DNA of 64,000 nt, taken from positions 1-64,000 of the forward strand of contig JAWMAR010002018.1 in assembly GCA_036785375.1 (NCBI GenBank), read 5' to 3'. This stretch comes from Leucoraja ocellata. Its lineage: Eukaryota. Positions 32,737 through 47,035 of this stretch are shown here, piece by piece. The notes below the pieces were generated by a model. It worked only from the letters and a program-made list of their open reading frames with translations, was not told the DNA's origin and made no database searches. The translations under genes were made by a program, and so were the position numbers. Every line of letters begins with the position of its first letter. The first letter of the stretch is position 1.

Positions 32737-35700
32737 ATTGACAATGAGATCTGTATTCTCATTCACCTCCGAGTAAAACAAATCTCTTCTACCCTTTAAT
32801 CCTTCTACCAGTTAGCTTAAATCATGCTCCATCTGTACCATGAGAAATAGGAATTCATCTTTTCAATTAGTTTATTTATATATTGCAATTTATATTTTAG
32901 CCTTCTCTTTTCCAAAGAAAACACTGAGAATCCAGAATAAAAGGAGAAACTACTGTAAATGCTGAGGTCAGGCAGCATCTGTGGAAAGAGAAATAAAGTT
33001 AATGTTTCAGTTTTGAGACACGAGGAAAGAAAGAAAATGTGTTCATTTTTGGTTACAGAGGAGAATAAGGTATGGATAGGACAAAGGGAATTTCTTTGAT
33101 AAGGCAAGACCAAGTGGGTTAATGTTGCCATTAGTGTCAGATTATGCTGCTTCTATGTTACGTATTGCCAGCACTAGAATGTGATACCAGCTCAGACTGT
33201 ACTTATGGAGTGGAAAAATTGAACCAAAATCACAGATGGTGTCTAGTAGAAAATAGCCAGTGCATGTGGCAAAATATTGCATCATAAGGCTCTCAGTTAT
33301 CAGTAAGATCTTCACCCAAAACTCAATTTCATGGCCATTTCTCCGTGTTTTTTTAATGCAAATGTCTCTACTTCTAACTCAGAAGCATGAATTTAATCTC
33401 AAATTCACCCAAGCAAGATCACAGCTCGGTTCAAATCCTGCTGTATTCCGTACCAAATTCTTCAATGTTTGGTGACTCGCTCTTACATTCTGTCTGCATC
33501 AGAACTGGTTATTTTTACTAGTCACCCATCTGTGATTTTGGCTTATTTTTCTCTCTCTCCATTAGTACATGCACAACAATCCTGAATTGTCAGCACATAA
33601 CGTAGACAAATCAGCATAATTTATCTCCAACTACCACACCAACCCCTATGGTCTGCGACAGATTTCCTTTTCTGCTGTTATTGGCCTCCCATCTTCTCCG
33701 AGCCTGAAACAAACTTATTTTCTCTCTTTCCAATTTCTAATAGTCTTGGATTTGAAATAATAACTGTTCCTTTTTCCCCATAGATGCTGCATGTCCTGCT
33801 GGCTGTTTCCAGTATTTCCTTCAGATTTCCAGCATTTGTAATTTCTATTGATCTACTGAGCATATCTAAAATCTCCTCATTACTAACCTTATGCAGTCCA
33901 GTCCAGTCTTTAGATTTTAGATATGCTCAGTATATTATTCCTATGTCATCTTGTAATTTGACATGTGCAATACTCTACCCATGCTTTCATACATCTCCAA
34001 GAAGATGCCTTGATAAATCTGGTTCTCCACAGATTATTTAATGGTTTCTGACGGTGGCAGAGAATGAAAAAGGCAATGATATAAATCTGCGGTACTACAG
34101 TACTTTCATAAGTTCCAATTTATCATAACTAGCATAGAAAATAAGCATACAAGAAAAGACAACATTTGCAAAACTGAAATGTATCTTGAACTCGATTGCC
34201 ATTTATACAATAGTATTTTAATACTTCTCCTACAGGTGATATAAATATGAACATCTACAGTTATGGTCCAAACACAAACCTCCAGTGACTGGAGGAAAAT
34301 TGAACAATTGAAACACACAAGCCCAGTTCATGACAATCCATGTGCAAAGGTCCAGCTAGCATGCAATAATGTGCCTTGTATTGTTTGACAAGTTTAGTCA
34401 GCCGCTTATTCCAAAATGTAACCCCAGCTCCTAGGTTGTTTCCTCCACTCAGCTCTATCAACATGAAAACCATCCTATTTCTGTCTCTGCATTGCAGAAA
34501 GATCTGTGCACCAGGCACAGTCCCCATCTATTTCCCACAAACTTATTCAAGCCAATTCCAACAAGACACAACCTCAATTCCAAATTGTGCAAGAACATCG
34601 TGCTCAGAACATAAACACGAAAATGTTCCAAAAAACACTGAAGCATAATGGCAGACAAGTAGAATTGTCTTGTATATTACAATACATTGGCACGAACAAA
34701 TAAGACTTGTGGGAGCACAGTGGTACATTCACACAGAAGGATTGACACTCCAAATTTAAGAATCCTTAATTCCATCAAAATATTGAGAATCTATCACCAA
34801 CGGTTTTACAATGACAGTTCTTTCTAACTCAGTGCAGTGTTGAAGTGAAAAATGCCTCAATAACAAAAAATGGTTATTTTAAAATCACAATGTACTCTAA
34901 ATCTATTAGCTGGTAGTAGTGAAATAATTACACAATCAATAACCCTTGAATTGTATGCATGTTCCCATAGCTGAATACTTAAAAGTATAGAAAGGTTACG
35001 GTAGAGAATCTTGTATTTTTTACATTCCCCTGATATCTTCTTTTTATCAATCTATCCTCTTAACCTCTTTTCCTGGATTTGGGGAGTTATGAAATGGATT
35101 TCAAGGGGTTTCCACCTACAGATTATGAGAGAGACAACTCAAGAGATGAGATGCAAGAACTCAAGATCGGAGAAGTAAACTAAGTCAGCTTCACATCAGC
35201 CACAATAACACTGAATGGTGTATCAAATTGGAGAGACTGAATTGAAACCTTCTCTGATTGTACAGGGGTTAGAGATTATCTTTTCTCTTTCTCATCAACC
35301 TTGCTCTTACTTGGATGGGTTTTTATTTCAACTTCCTGTTCACTTTTTTTTCTGTTCAAGAGGTGAGAAAATGGAATTTTCAAAAAAATTAGTATTTTAA
35401 AACAGATTTTTGTTTAAAATAAAACAGATAAGTACTAATATTATAAAATTCTCGTAGACATTCCATACCACATGTATTTATTAATGAGACTCTTTCCTGA
35501 GGTTTATCATAAAAATATGGACGTTTTCCCTGTGTCGGCTAGAGGATTGACATGGGGCTCAATTCCAGTTTCTGCCAACACTAATGGCATGAATACATTT
35601 GCCCTGGATCAATATACAGAGGCAAGATATTTTTGACTTACTGGAAGTGGGGTATTTTCTGGGAGTAAGCAGATAGCTTGTGTTCAACCTCTGACTCAAG

Positions 35701-36702
35701 GACTATACTAGAAATTGTAGAATTACCATTCAGTCAACAAACTAGTCATCTCTTTCAATCTCAAAACTGAAATTGCTTGTTGCAGTTATAATTATTAGTG
35801 GTTCAAACCCAAAAAGAAAGGGAGGTACTTACAATTTGCCATTTAATGAAAACTATGGGTGTCAGAATTAGTTTAATTTGTGATGCATTTAAGAAATGTG
35901 AAACCCACATGTAGTAGATTCTATTTCTTCTCCAATATGTTACAAAAAAAAGTAGCTTAACCAGTCTTCTGGCTTCATTTAGAATTAGAGCGGTTTTCTT
36001 TACTCTCCACTTAATAAGCAATCAACAAAATAGATAAAAGAACACGTGCATTCAATTAATTTGGGATCATACGAGAAAGAACCATCTCAAATATCTTACC
36101 AGAAGGCACACTCTGTGTGTTTATGCTGATATTGTTTGTATATTTGACCTTGGCTGTTGTTAATTGAAAATAGCAGGAGGTAATTGATATTGGCATAACT
36201 ATTGGCCATATCTGCTTCTTACACCCAATTCACCATTCTTCATGCCCATTCTCACACACCAATTCTCAGGATCTGTGCAAGTTTTTAATCCTCCCTTCAC
36301 CCACTTTCCACAAATAAGCATTTTTCTGCAGGTAATTGCTGGTTGGTGGTGCAGAGTAAGAACCCAAGTCAATGTATTTCTTCCACAACCCCGAGGTGCC
36401 TCGTCTTACTATAACACCTTTGCAGAACACAGCTAGCACAGCAGGTATTAGAAATTGAACCCACCACCTTTGGTCTCCAGGCTTTATAAAAATTATGATG
36501 GTTATTCCAATGGTTATAGACCACTGTTAAGAGTGTGCTGGGAGGAAATTTACTTGAAAGAAGTCCATATTCCCCAACACTATTCTTGATTTTTTTTTTT
36601 ACATTGTTTGCTTACATGTGCTTATTATTCAAAAAGTATCTTTTCCACATTTGATATAAAGCAATCCAGTAGATTTCCACCAAAAACGAAAAATCAGATT
36701 CT

Positions 36703-36739
36703 CTAGGTTTCTGAATTTCCATTTAACTCTTCATCCAGC
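36703..36739 (-). CDS. BNIPL: BNIPL last coding exon ((E)LDEELNGNSET*)
   Basis: Acceptor TTTCTTAACAG, phase 2, similar to BNIP2 VDQELNG / BNIPL LDRDLHG, TAG stop. Confidence 0.85.
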
Positions 36740-38175
36740 CTGTTAAGAAAGGAAAAGTTATAAATAAGAAGAAAAATTCAAGGTCATTGGGCTTTCTGTA
36801 GCATGACTATCAATGGCTCTAGTTCACTGCCATTAAATTGATCAATATCCACTATATCCAGCATACCCCATGGCAAAGAGAGAGTTTGATTTAGCTCTTA
36901 GGGCGAAAGGAATTAAGGGATATGGGGGAAAAAGCAGGAATGGGGTACGGATTTTAGATGATCAGCCATGTTCATATTGAATGGCCGGTGCTGGCTCGAA
37001 GTGCCAAATGGCCTACTCATGCACCTATGTTTCTATGCAATATTTAACAGACTTATTTCATCATGCTTAACCATTACATCATGCTTAACCATTACATATT
37101 ATTAATCCATTTTAGTCCAAAGATGGCACCCTCCATACCGGCGTTTCTAATGTGATTTATTTTTCCTCATCTGAATGTCCTCAACTGATGCCCCTGATCC
37201 TCACTGTCCTGTTGTAATTCCTGCATGTCTGATCTTATTACTTCTGTTTCCCTCTCATAGCGATTTCCTTATCTTCAGCTTCCTTTTCGCTAGCTTTCAT
37301 ATACATTGGTTGAGCTTCTATCATTTCCAAAGGGAGTGTAATCTTGCCATCAAACCCTTTTCAGTATATCAAGGTGCTAATTCCTCCAACAACACCTTCA
37401 CAAATTTTTCCCATCCCTCGCCATCTGCATGTGAAAACATAGAAGGCACACCAGTTTTTTTACCTCTTTTCCCAACATTAATCTTGTTAATATTCCAAGA
37501 CATGCCATCCCAAGAGTGATCATAACCAACCAAAAAAAAGTGCCAGAAGATTGTAGGACTATTAACATGATATTATTGTTTAAAGAAAAGGAAAAAATGA
37601 ATGAAGTGATTACAAGAGAGAATAAAAATGGTATTAAAATAGTGTTTAAAAATACCCAGCTTGGTCACAGTGAAGGGTCACGACCTGAAGCATAACCGTG
37701 TTTTTCTCACTGAAGAATCTGCCTGACCTGCTGAGTATTTCCTGTATTTCTGTTTTTACCCCAGACTTTTCACAGCTGCAGTTCTTTTTTGATTTTCATT
37801 TTATTGACTCCACTAAAACCCAAAATAGGTGGGATATCATAGAATGGGTGCAGCACAGCAGAGTCCATTCAGCCTTGAAAACTACACATCCATTTTCAGT
37901 AGCAACATGGCTTTCCATCCTGTATGTGATCCTTTAAATTTGGACATTCCCATTTCAATCAGTCTCACATTTTATTTCCTCCCACAACCTGGCATGTACA
38001 CAACAGACTGAATGTTTAAAAAATCCTGTTTTCTATTTTTCAGTGAAAGTTGAACAGCAGCAACATTAATATTATTATTCTTTGCTCAATAACAATTCCA
38101 AATGGTTTCAGTATAATATTCAACTATGAACATCATTCTAAAATGAAATAGAATTATAATGTCAGTTGTACTTAC

Positions 38176-38274
38176 TCTTTTATGCATTCTGGGATATGTA
38201 CATGTTGCATGGGAATTAACTTTGAAAGTTCTTGGAGGCTACTGACAAACCGAACTTTTCTACTAAACTTTGTA
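38176..38274 (-). CDS. BNIPL: BNIPL exon (TKFSRKVRFVSSLQELSKLIPMQHVHIPECIK)
   Basis: BCH-domain C-terminus, 99 nt, AG/GTAAGT boundaries, phase 2-2. Confidence 0.93.
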
Positions 38275-38359
38275 CTGTTCAAGAAAGAGAAGTAACAGTG
38301 TGTTAGCACATAATAAGATCATGAGGCTCCCCATGTCCTCAACTATTCAATAAGATACA

Positions 38360-39200
38360 AGTTGATAGAAGTATATAAAATTAGAAGGTGCATACATAGG
38401 GTATATAGTCAGAACCCTTTTCTCTGGGTGGAAGTGTCCAACACCAGAGTGCATAGCTTTTAGGTAAGAGGGGGAAAGTTTAATGGAGATGTGCGGGGCA
38501 CCTTTTTTTTTTTTTTTTTACAAATAGTGTGGTGGGGGCCTGGAATGTATTGCCAGTGGTGGTGGTGGCAGATATGAATAGTGCCATTTAAGAAGCTTTT
38601 AGATCGGCACATGAAGTTAGGTTGGCAGTTTGAGGATTTAGACCCAGACAGAATGAATGACCAGTGGATATATTTCCGTGGGTTGGAGGGGGACCTGAGG
38701 TCATTTTGCCTGGGACCTGGGAGTTTCTGTGACTTGGAGGGGGACCTGAAGGTTCTTTTGCACTTGCACTTATCCTTCTTGGTAATGGAAGTTGTGGGTG
38801 TGTGAGATGCTGTTGGAATAGGCTAGGCAAGTAACTACAGTGCACTTTGCAGATGGTAAACACTGATGTTACGGCCGACATGCCAATAGTGAATGAATGT
38901 ATGTTTAGGTTGGTTATGGAGTGTTCATCAAGTAAACTGCTTTGTCCGAGATGGTGTCCAGCTTCTGGAGTGTTGCTGCACCACTCATCCAGACAAAATG
39001 CAGAGTATCCATTATATTATTGAATTGTAATTTGTAGATGGTAGAAAGACCTTGGGGTGTGAGGAAGTGAGTTACTTGCCACAGGATATCTGACTTTTGG
39101 CATGTTCATGTAACCATGGTAGTTATGTAGCTGCTTCAATTGCATTTCTAGTCAATGGTGATCCCCAGAATGTTAATGATGGGGAACTCAATTATGATAA
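38360..39200. mobile_element. Decayed LINE fragments (CR1 3' part on +, 38360-38620; another LINE-like fragment on -, about 38740-39200)
   Basis: GATAGAAGTATATAAAATT...GCATAGCTTTTAGGTAAGAGGGGGAAAG is CR1-like. The second part is recognised only by general resemblance. Confidence 0.5.
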
Positions 39201-39332
39201 TGCCTTTGAATGTCACTTTCAGAAGTTAGATGCTCTCTGGTTGAATATAGACATTTTTTGCTATGCAAATTAAACAATCCCATTGTTGACACCCTTGCAA
39301 AAAGAAACAAAAAAGTAGAAGTAAGGTCTTAC

Positions 39333-39419
39333 CTTATAAATGGCCGGGTAATGGCTAATATCACCTTAATGAACCAGGATGGATGGACAACAATGAGAGA
39401 TTTCAGGTTCTTACGTAAC
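39333..39419 (-). CDS. BNIPL: BNIPL exon ([28 protein letters not shown])
   Basis: Conserved BCH motif RLRKNL...VHPSWFI, 87 nt, AAG/GTAAGA boundaries. Confidence 0.95.
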
Positions 39420-39584
39420 CTTTTGGGGAAAATAAATAATTAGGGAATTATCAACCAATTCATAGTCAATAAAAATATCCGACCATTCATAACATTTAAT
39501 CTTCCTTCGTTGAGATCTCATTCAATCTTTTAAATATCAACCATTTTCTGATTAATGGTTAACCCCAATTCCACAGGTGCTACC

Positions 39585-39845
39585 TCACAGTGCTAGAGAC
39601 CCGGGTTCGATCCTGACCTTGGGTGCTGTCTGTATGGGGTTTGCACATTTTGCCAGTGACCATTTGAGTTTCCTCCCACATCTCAAATTTGTGTAGATTT
39701 CTAGATTAATTGATCTCTGTAAATTGTTCTTATGGTATAGAGACTGGATGCAAAAATGGAATTACATAGAAGTAGCGTAATTAGTCATCAAAAGTTAGCG
39801 TGGACTCGGGACATGGGCCTTGTTTTCATGCTGTATCTTTCAATT
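39585..39845 (+). mobile_element. tRNA-derived SINE (HE1/V-SINE type)
   Basis: CTCACAGTGCTAGAGACCCGGGTTCGATCCTGACC (B box), core GTTTCCTCCCACA, 3' tail TGTTTTCATGCTGTATCT. Confidence 0.8.
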
Positions 39846-40192
39846 AATTAATTATAAACTTACAAATGAAATCAGAACAGCATACTACATTTGTACTGGT
39901 ACAGGTAATAACAGGTACTGACATTTTTCCACTTTTGGGTCACTGATTAATGATTATAGCCCAGTCTACCAAAGCCTTTAACCGGGTTCTCTACTATAAA
40001 TGTATCTTTTGTTTTTTAATTCAGTCACAGGATGCAGTGTCATTGCAAAGTCAGCAATTACTTATCCTCTGTCTCCAAGTACATGGTGACGTTCCTGCTT
40101 CTCAAACCATGGAAATGTTTGCCCTGTACGCCCTTTTAGTTTTTTTTACTGCTCATATTATTCTTAAGCTAATGTTGTTCTAAAAAGCTTAC

Positions 40193-40324
40193 CTCCTGTC
40201 AATAGTCTGGTAACACTGCTTCAGCCAGCTGATTGATGGCACCCGGTTACGTGTCGTGGCACCATTTAGATACACAATAATATAATTTTCAGCCACCAGC
40301 AATTCCAGAGTTCCGATAACATAC
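40193..40324 (-). CDS. BNIPL: BNIPL exon ([43 protein letters not shown])
   Basis: Conserved BCH core, 132 nt, CAG/GTAAGC boundaries. Confidence 0.96.
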
Positions 40325-41242
40325 CTGTGGAGATACAACACTGGCATTACCTCCACAATGAATCTTTGTATTGAACAAGTCAGGGATGCCAAGGAACTAG
40401 AGATTTATTGTTTCCGATTTGCAACATGAACGTTTGATGTTTATACATTTATTGATTTAAAGGAAAAGTGGTCTCTCTACTTGCCTCAGTAGTTTCTTCT
40501 GCACCAGGAAGAGAGGGTAAGAAAGGAAGGAAGATTTAAGCGAGTTGAAAAGACTTGAATGTAGAGGGAAACTGGTCCTGATGGTCCAGAAGAAGACAGA
40601 GGTCAGCCAAAATCTTACTGAAAGGCTTAAATGACACAAGGAGTTCAACAAGGCAGCAAAGTCTGGGGAATTTCTGTTGGTAATATAAATAATTTACATC
40701 CAGCCATAGAGGATCCAACTCGTAATGTTAATATGCTCCTACTTGTCCTTCCACTGATTTACAGGAAAGCCCATTGCTGGCCAAACACAGCCACGCTGTA
40801 ATCTTTGCTTTTTTCGCTCACAAGGAGCAATGGGGATTGTCTAAACCTTGCAGGAATATGGATAGAGAACGCAGAGTTCCAAAAGTGCCAGAGTAATGAG
40901 TTTCCAAAATAATGTAATGTACATAAATGCTTGGAGGACATTAAAAATCTTCCACAAATGTTAACTGTTGCATCCCAATAGCAAGTTTTAAATTTGAGAT
41001 TACAGATTTATGTTAACCAAAATGAACTAATGAATACAGGCAAAATAAGGCAGGTGTATGAGGTTAAGTCAAAGGTCAGCCATGATCTTACTATTAAAGC
41101 AGAGTTATCATTATCTATACAAGTGAGCACAAATTTTCCGTGTGCAAAACCATGCAATTGTGAACCAAACTACAGAAAAAGAATTAAAACTGAAGAAAAA
41201 ATATATATTTTAAAGATCCTGATAATAGATTCTGGCCCTTAC

Positions 41243-41345
41243 CTAAAGAGATTTTCCATTACATTCTCATAGTCAGGACGACTGCTTTCAGGCAAATAGC
41301 AGGAAGAAAACAAAATGATTGCCGTTAGGTTCTCTCCAAAGCAAC
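41243..41345 (-). CDS. BNIPL: BNIPL exon ([34 protein letters not shown])
   Basis: Matches GY.G.GLNA.I.FA.CYLP.SS.P.Y..VM.NLF. 103 nt, phase 1-2. Confidence 0.95.
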
Positions 41346-42102
41346 CTGAAAGAAAGAAAGGCTTTATCTATTTGCATACATCCCTCTCTTCTCCCTTTCC
41401 ATCACTGGTGATGTAACTGGCATCAGCTGAAGTACAGTGGGCAGTTCCAAGCAACACATTTTAACCAAGGTTAAAGAATGGAGAGGGTGGCAAGCTGACG
41501 ATCAGAGGTTAGAGGAAACTAGAATCAAGGAAGGTGGGAAACCCAAGTTGAGATGGTGGAGTGGAAAATTACTGGGGATGGTGGGTTGGGGTGTGAAAGG
41601 AATGGGTACAGAATTCACAACTAACATGTGTGGATCGTATGACTGCAACAACCTTGCCTCAATCTAACATTACCGTTCAGAGCTCCTAGAGCAGCAGTGA
41701 ACGCTGTAATTTTACAATTTATAAACATTATCTTTATATTCTTCAAAGCAATCATATGAAGTTGTATTTTCAGTAAAACTATGCACAACTGTTTTCCATT
41801 TAAACAGTTTCTGCTTTTGCATGTTGCTGTGGCTCTGGATTTTATCCGTGTAAAGAGGTTGGAAATGTTAAGGCTCCTGAGGGTTGCAAAATGGTTTCAG
41901 GATGCTAAGAGATTTTGATGAATTTTGCCACGGGTCAGAAACCATTTCCTGTAGATTTAAAATGATTGGAAAAAGATCTGATGTGTTAGTCACAAAATAT
42001 TGCTAGAAAATATAAACATGCAGAATATGGAGGAGAAAAAAAAATGTGTAGGAAGGAACTGGTTTAAACCGAAAACATAAAATGCCTTCTACTGTTAGAC
42101 TT

Positions 42103-42252
42103 TCAATAATTTAGGGGCTAGTGGAATTAAGGGATATGGGGAGAAGGCAGGCATGGGTTATTGATTTGGGACGATCCGCCATGATCACAATGAATGGCGG
42201 TGCTAGCTCGAAGGGCCGAATGGCCTCCTCCTGCACCCATTTTCTATGTTTC
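42103..42252 (+). mobile_element. CR1 3'-end fragment
   Basis: TAGGGGCTAGTGGAATTAAGGGATATGGGGAGAAGGCAGG...GCCATGATCACAATGAATGGCGGTGC...TTTCTATGTTTC. The same tail occurs at about 14200, 36880 and 60300. Confidence 0.8.
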
Positions 42253-42568
42253 CAAACAGTGACCACCTAAAATGTTCAGACCCTCATGACTATACAGATA
42301 ATAACCAGAGAATAAATAGGATAGGGAAAATATTTAAAATAGCAAGAGCAGCTTGTTTATCCTCAGACCCTGGTTTCACCTTTCACTGATCTATTGCCTC
42401 AACTCCACCACTTTGCCCAATCACATATCACTATCTTGTGAAAACATAGAATTAGATTAAAAATGTGATTTCTGCTCACTTCCGTAACGCAGCCTTCAGC
42501 CAAAGTTTAAAATGGTTTTCAAATGATAAATAGATAAAATTAACCCATGTTAAAACCAGGAGATTCAC

Positions 42569-42742
42569 CTCCATGAGAAATTACTGCCTTGTATGGATCC
42601 ACAACGGCCATGTCCACTCGATATTCCTGCTCCCCAATATGGAAGACCCTCCACAACTTGCCATCTTCCGTCTCTTCATCTGTCACGTGGCCCTGGAAAC
42701 TATCTGTGTCAGATAATGAGCGAAACACCCGTGGCAGATCAT
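42569..42742 (-). CDS. BNIPL: BNIPL exon (DDLPRVFRS...EDGKLWRVFHIGEQEYRVDMAVVDPYKAVISHG)
   Basis: EDG..WR.F.IGEQ..RVDM....PYK.VISHGG family motif. 174 nt, phase 1-1. Confidence 0.96.
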
Positions 42743-43582
42743 CTGGTCGGAGAGGAAACGATAACAACAACATTGAGTTAAAAAGATTTAGAAGATTTGT
42801 AGGGCTTGTCATTGTTTGACAATGTGTGATCAAGTCTTTCTCGGCCCAAAATGTTACAAATACAACCACAATTTCTAACAACTTGAGCAAGTTTAAAGTA
42901 CTTTTTTCCTTCTTTTGTATTACCATTGCGATGCTGGCACAGCTAGAAATGTTTTTCTGATCCTTGGAGTTATTTCTGCCCTAGGTTCCACTGCTCTCTT
43001 TGACATGGCATTTTGACTATCCGTTTTGACTCACAGAAAAATCCTTCCAGTTTAATTATAAGCATCGATAATGTAGATGAAAATACTTATTAAAAGTGGT
43101 GAAAATACAGCCATTGTCAGTTCAAAATTAGAACTGTCACTCAGTAGTGGCATGTAAGAGATTTTGGATAGACAAATGGATATGCAGGGAGTGGAAGGAT
43201 GTGGTTTATGTGCTGGCAGATAAGATCTGATGTTGACATAATATTCAGCATAGACATTGTGGAACATAGGGCCTGTTCTATGTTCTTTTGGTTGAGATTT
43301 TCAGCATACACGTTTTGCGTTTTTTATTACTACTATACCAAGTGTATTCGAAGGAAAAAAGTTTTTTTTAAACTTACATAGTTACTTTAAAGTCAGAAAA
43401 TAACTACTCTTAAAATAAGAATCAAAATAAATTTCAGGTTTTACTAACATCTAGAAATAATCAGTCATCACACACAGCATTTATTAATCAGTGAGGTGTG
43501 CATGAATATTATTGATTGATCAGTGCAAGTTCATACACGCAAAAATGCATTTGATTGGTAGTGCATGCAAGAAATCAGTGTT

Positions 43583-43645
43583 TCACATTTAAAATAATTT
43601 AAATCACACTTAAAATAATTTAAATCACATTTAAAATAATAAATC
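43583..43645. repeat. 21-bp AT-rich tandem repeat x3
   Basis: TCACA(T/C)TTAAAATAATTTAAA repeated three times. Confidence 0.9.
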
Positions 43646-44516
43646 AGTTCATAATCAACACATCAGAATCTGTATTAAACTGGCACAGTATCTTTATCCA
43701 TTCTCAAAATATATCAGAATGGGAAGTTTATACATGCATCTCACCAGTTTTTAATCCCCAAACACCACTCCTGTATTATCTCCATTTCACGCCCTACTTT
43801 GCTTTAATATCAAACTTCAGTTGGATGATGCTAGCTGATAATCACTTGCACTGTAGCTTGCGTACAACTGAGAAAGAAAGTACTGACATCTATTTAACAC
43901 CTTCCACATTCTCGAGATGTCCCAAAATGCTTTATGGGCAATTAACTATTAAGAGAAGTATAGAAAACAACAATATTGACAAACTTCCACAAACTGCAAA
44001 TGAAACAACTCATTTTTGTGATGTCCATTTTAGGGATTTATGTTGGCTGAGCTTTAACAAAAATTATGAGATCCGTTTCCATGGATCATATCTTGATGGA
44101 GATTGATTCACGTCTACAACATACTATGAAGCAAAAAATCTTCAATATTCCTTGCTTATTCATCATTATTACAAAACTGCAATTATTATCCCCAGTCTCA
44201 CAGGTAAATGCATGACCTAGCCCAATACTGGATTATATTGATTAGGAAGAACGTGAGGAATAAATCATATGGTCCCTTGAGCCTGCGCCACCATTCTTCA
44301 TTATGGCTATCTTCTTCCTCAGTTCCACATTGTGCCTGGTTCCCAAATCCTTTGGTGCTCAGTAATTTGTCATTCGCGGTCTTTAATATACTCTGTGACT
44401 CTGCATACAGAGTTCTCTCGGCTAAAGAACTCCAAATGTGACCCTCATCACCTTAGGTTTTATTTAGAGAACATTATTAGGAATGGCATAAATAAAATAG
44501 ACAGTCTGAACTTATT

Positions 44517-44718
44517 GTGCAGGAAGGAACTGTAGATGCTGATTTAAACTGAAGATAGACACAAAAAGCTGCATCAGGGCAGGGCAGCATCTCTGGAGAG
44601 AAGGAATGGGTGATGTTTCCGGTCTGAAGAAGGGTCTCAACCCGAAACGCCACCTATTCCTTCTCTCCAGAGATGCTGCCTGTCCCATTGATTTACTCCA
44701 GCTTTTTGTGTCTATCTT
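44517..44718. mobile_element. Fold-back Penelope-terminus element with a 15-bp TSD, inserted in a CR1 remnant
   Basis: Flanks CAGTCTGAACTTATT (44502-44516) and CAGTCTGAATTTATT (44719-44733). The arms are inverted copies. Confidence 0.85.
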
Positions 44719-45035
44719 CAGTCTGAATTTATTCCCCAGCTTGGAAATGTTAACGATTAGAGGGCATAGCTTTAAGGTGAGAGGGTAAAAATATAAGTGC
44801 AGGGAAAGTTTTTTTTTTACACAAAGAAATGTGCACCCTTATTCAACAACCAGAGCTTACCTGTTAAGGACTGTTCCAGGACATGAACTAAACATTTATC
44901 TTTGGCCACTATGCCTACTACATCACTAAATAAGCTTAACAAACATCAGTGTGGGGAAGAGATAATGGTGAAAGCAGAAAACCATACAGAGATCATGATT
45001 ACAAGAATTGATTAGGCATTGATTGGTTCATTTAC

Positions 45036-45257
45036 CTTCCCATTCAAAATCATTACCATTCTCCGGCAACTCAAAGGATTCACTATCTGAAGGAGTTTCT
45101 AAGTCATCTACATTTATATCGCAGGAATCCCCCTCCAATTCATCTGGTGTCCTCTCTTCAGAGCGTGTCACCTCCTCGTTACCTTCCAAGTTCAAACTGA
45201 TTGCTGGTGCAAGGAGTCGTTTCTTGTTCCCATAGAGCTGTAGAGATTTTGGTGCCA
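45036..45257 (-). CDS. BNIPL: BNIPL exon (VAPKSLQLYGNKKRLLAPAISLNL...DINVDDLETPSDSESFELPENGNDFEWE)
   Basis: BNIP2-family N-terminal motifs K.L.AP.I.L.L, D.LETPSDS and EFEWE. 222 nt, phase 1-1. Confidence 0.95.
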
Positions 45258-45629
45258 CTGAAGAGAAAATAAAATGAAGCAGTCTGAGCAAAGGATTAAA
45301 AAAAGTTATTCTTTTAAAAGAGATGTTGCGGTTTATTCCCCCTTAGAATAGAGGCATTCAAGAGAATGTTTGATAGGCACCAGGTTCAGGATTGATGATG
45401 AATAATTTTCAATGGAAGACCATTAACCAGAAGAACAGATTGAGAGTGGGTAGCAAACAACTAAATGCAACCCCAAGTAAAATGTAATTATGTAATGAGT
45501 GTTTGGGATTTGGAATTTCCTGCCTGATAAAGCAAGGAAAACAGCTTCATTATGAGCATTCGAGAAGCAGTTGAATATATACTCCCAATGGAAAAACACT
45601 GTAGCAACATGTGTAAAAATGTAAAAATT

Positions 45630-46085
45630 AACCGTGTTTTAGAGGAGATTCATCAGGATGTTGCTTGAGATGGAATGTTTCAGTCATGAGGAGTGACTGG
45701 AGCAGTTGGGTCTGTTTGATCTCAAGCTGAGTGAGTTAAGAGGGGACATGATTGAGGTATATAAAATTATGAGTGTAATGGATATGGTAGACTACATCTT
45801 ATCAAAGATGATTCATACTGGGGGAAATAAATTTGTGGTAAGGGGCAAGAGTTTCATAGGCAATATGAGGGGTTCTTTTAAACCCAGTGAATAGTGAATA
45901 CCTGGAAAGTTCTGCCAAAGAGGTGGCGGAAGCAGAATCCTATCAGCATTTAAAAGGCACTTGAATTGCCTCGGCGTTGAGGGTTATGAGCTGGAGTTGG
46001 TTGATGAGATTAATGTAGATGGGTGCCCATTGATCAGTGAGAACATAAAATGTTGAATGGCCTGTTTCAATGCTGTCTGACTCTT
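45630..46085 (+). mobile_element. Decayed CR1 3' fragment
   Basis: GAGGAGATTCATCAGGATGTTG...LRGDMIEVYKIM. Confidence 0.7.
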
Positions 46086-46964
46086 TGATGTTCTGAGAAA
46101 TTCAAATTGTCAGCTCAGACAAGCCATTGCAGACTCATTAGGCTAACAACCTCCTTCTGAGTTATACTGTTTTATATGATCCTAACTTAGTCTTTATTGG
46201 GAAGTGGAACATGCTTGCAAAAACCTACCGACATCAAGCAGACTCAGGGGTCACCTGAGTATTTGAAGCGGGGAGGGGTATTTGAAGAGGGTTAGTGAGG
46301 TTATTTAGGTTATCACAACTTTCATGTTAGCTAACAATAAAAAAGCCCCATAAAATTAAGAGATCAGGAGAAATTTCTTGATATTTTATCCCCCGGACAG
46401 TAATCTAACAATATTAACAGGCTGCACAAAATCCTGATTGCAATGAACAGCTCTTTAATCAAACATATATGGAACCATTCAGCACCAATGGGGTTTTTTA
46501 AAACCCAGAAATGATGCATCTATCCTCCACTCATTTCCTTTGTTGAATAATCAATACTGTCTTTTTGCGCAACCTTTGGTGTATTTCTGATCATGAATTC
46601 TGTTTGCTGTAGTTCCCACAGACCTACTTAATATTCTTCCTAATTATTTAGAACACAATCAGAAAGAATAGAATAAGCATTCATCAATTGCCATTTTCGT
46701 ATCATTTTATATTATGTAAAATTACTTCTGCAGTTGCATTCCAGCTTAGGACCAAGTCAAAGCTACTGGTTTAGCAAAGGAACTACAGGTCTTTTAGATG
46801 GGAATAAGGCTGGGGAGATGAAATGAGATCAGGACTATAGGCCAAACAGCCTATTGAACCAAAGGCACAGTGGATGTATTTGTCTCATGGTCACATTCTT
46901 GCAACTGGGGATTTTCTTGATTGAAAATTCCCAATTTAGGATTTCCCATTCCCATATTAATTAC

Positions 46965-47035
46965 CAGGTCTGTTGACTTCTGCATTGGCATTTAGATCAT
47001 CCTCTATTAGGGCATCATTGTCTTCAGGAAGAGGT
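46965..47035 (-). CDS. BNIPL: BNIPL exon ((K)PLPEDNDALIEDDLNANAEVNRP)
   Basis: Continues FP-x-PLPED. Acceptor TATTTACAG, donor CTG|GTAATT. 71 nt, phase 2-1, which links the flanking exons in frame. Confidence 0.9.

Noticed and set aside
39585-39625. tRNA gene (B box GGTTCGATCC; also at about 18700 and 57270)
   Set aside because: These are heads of tRNA-derived SINEs followed by the SINE body, with no complete cloverleaf.
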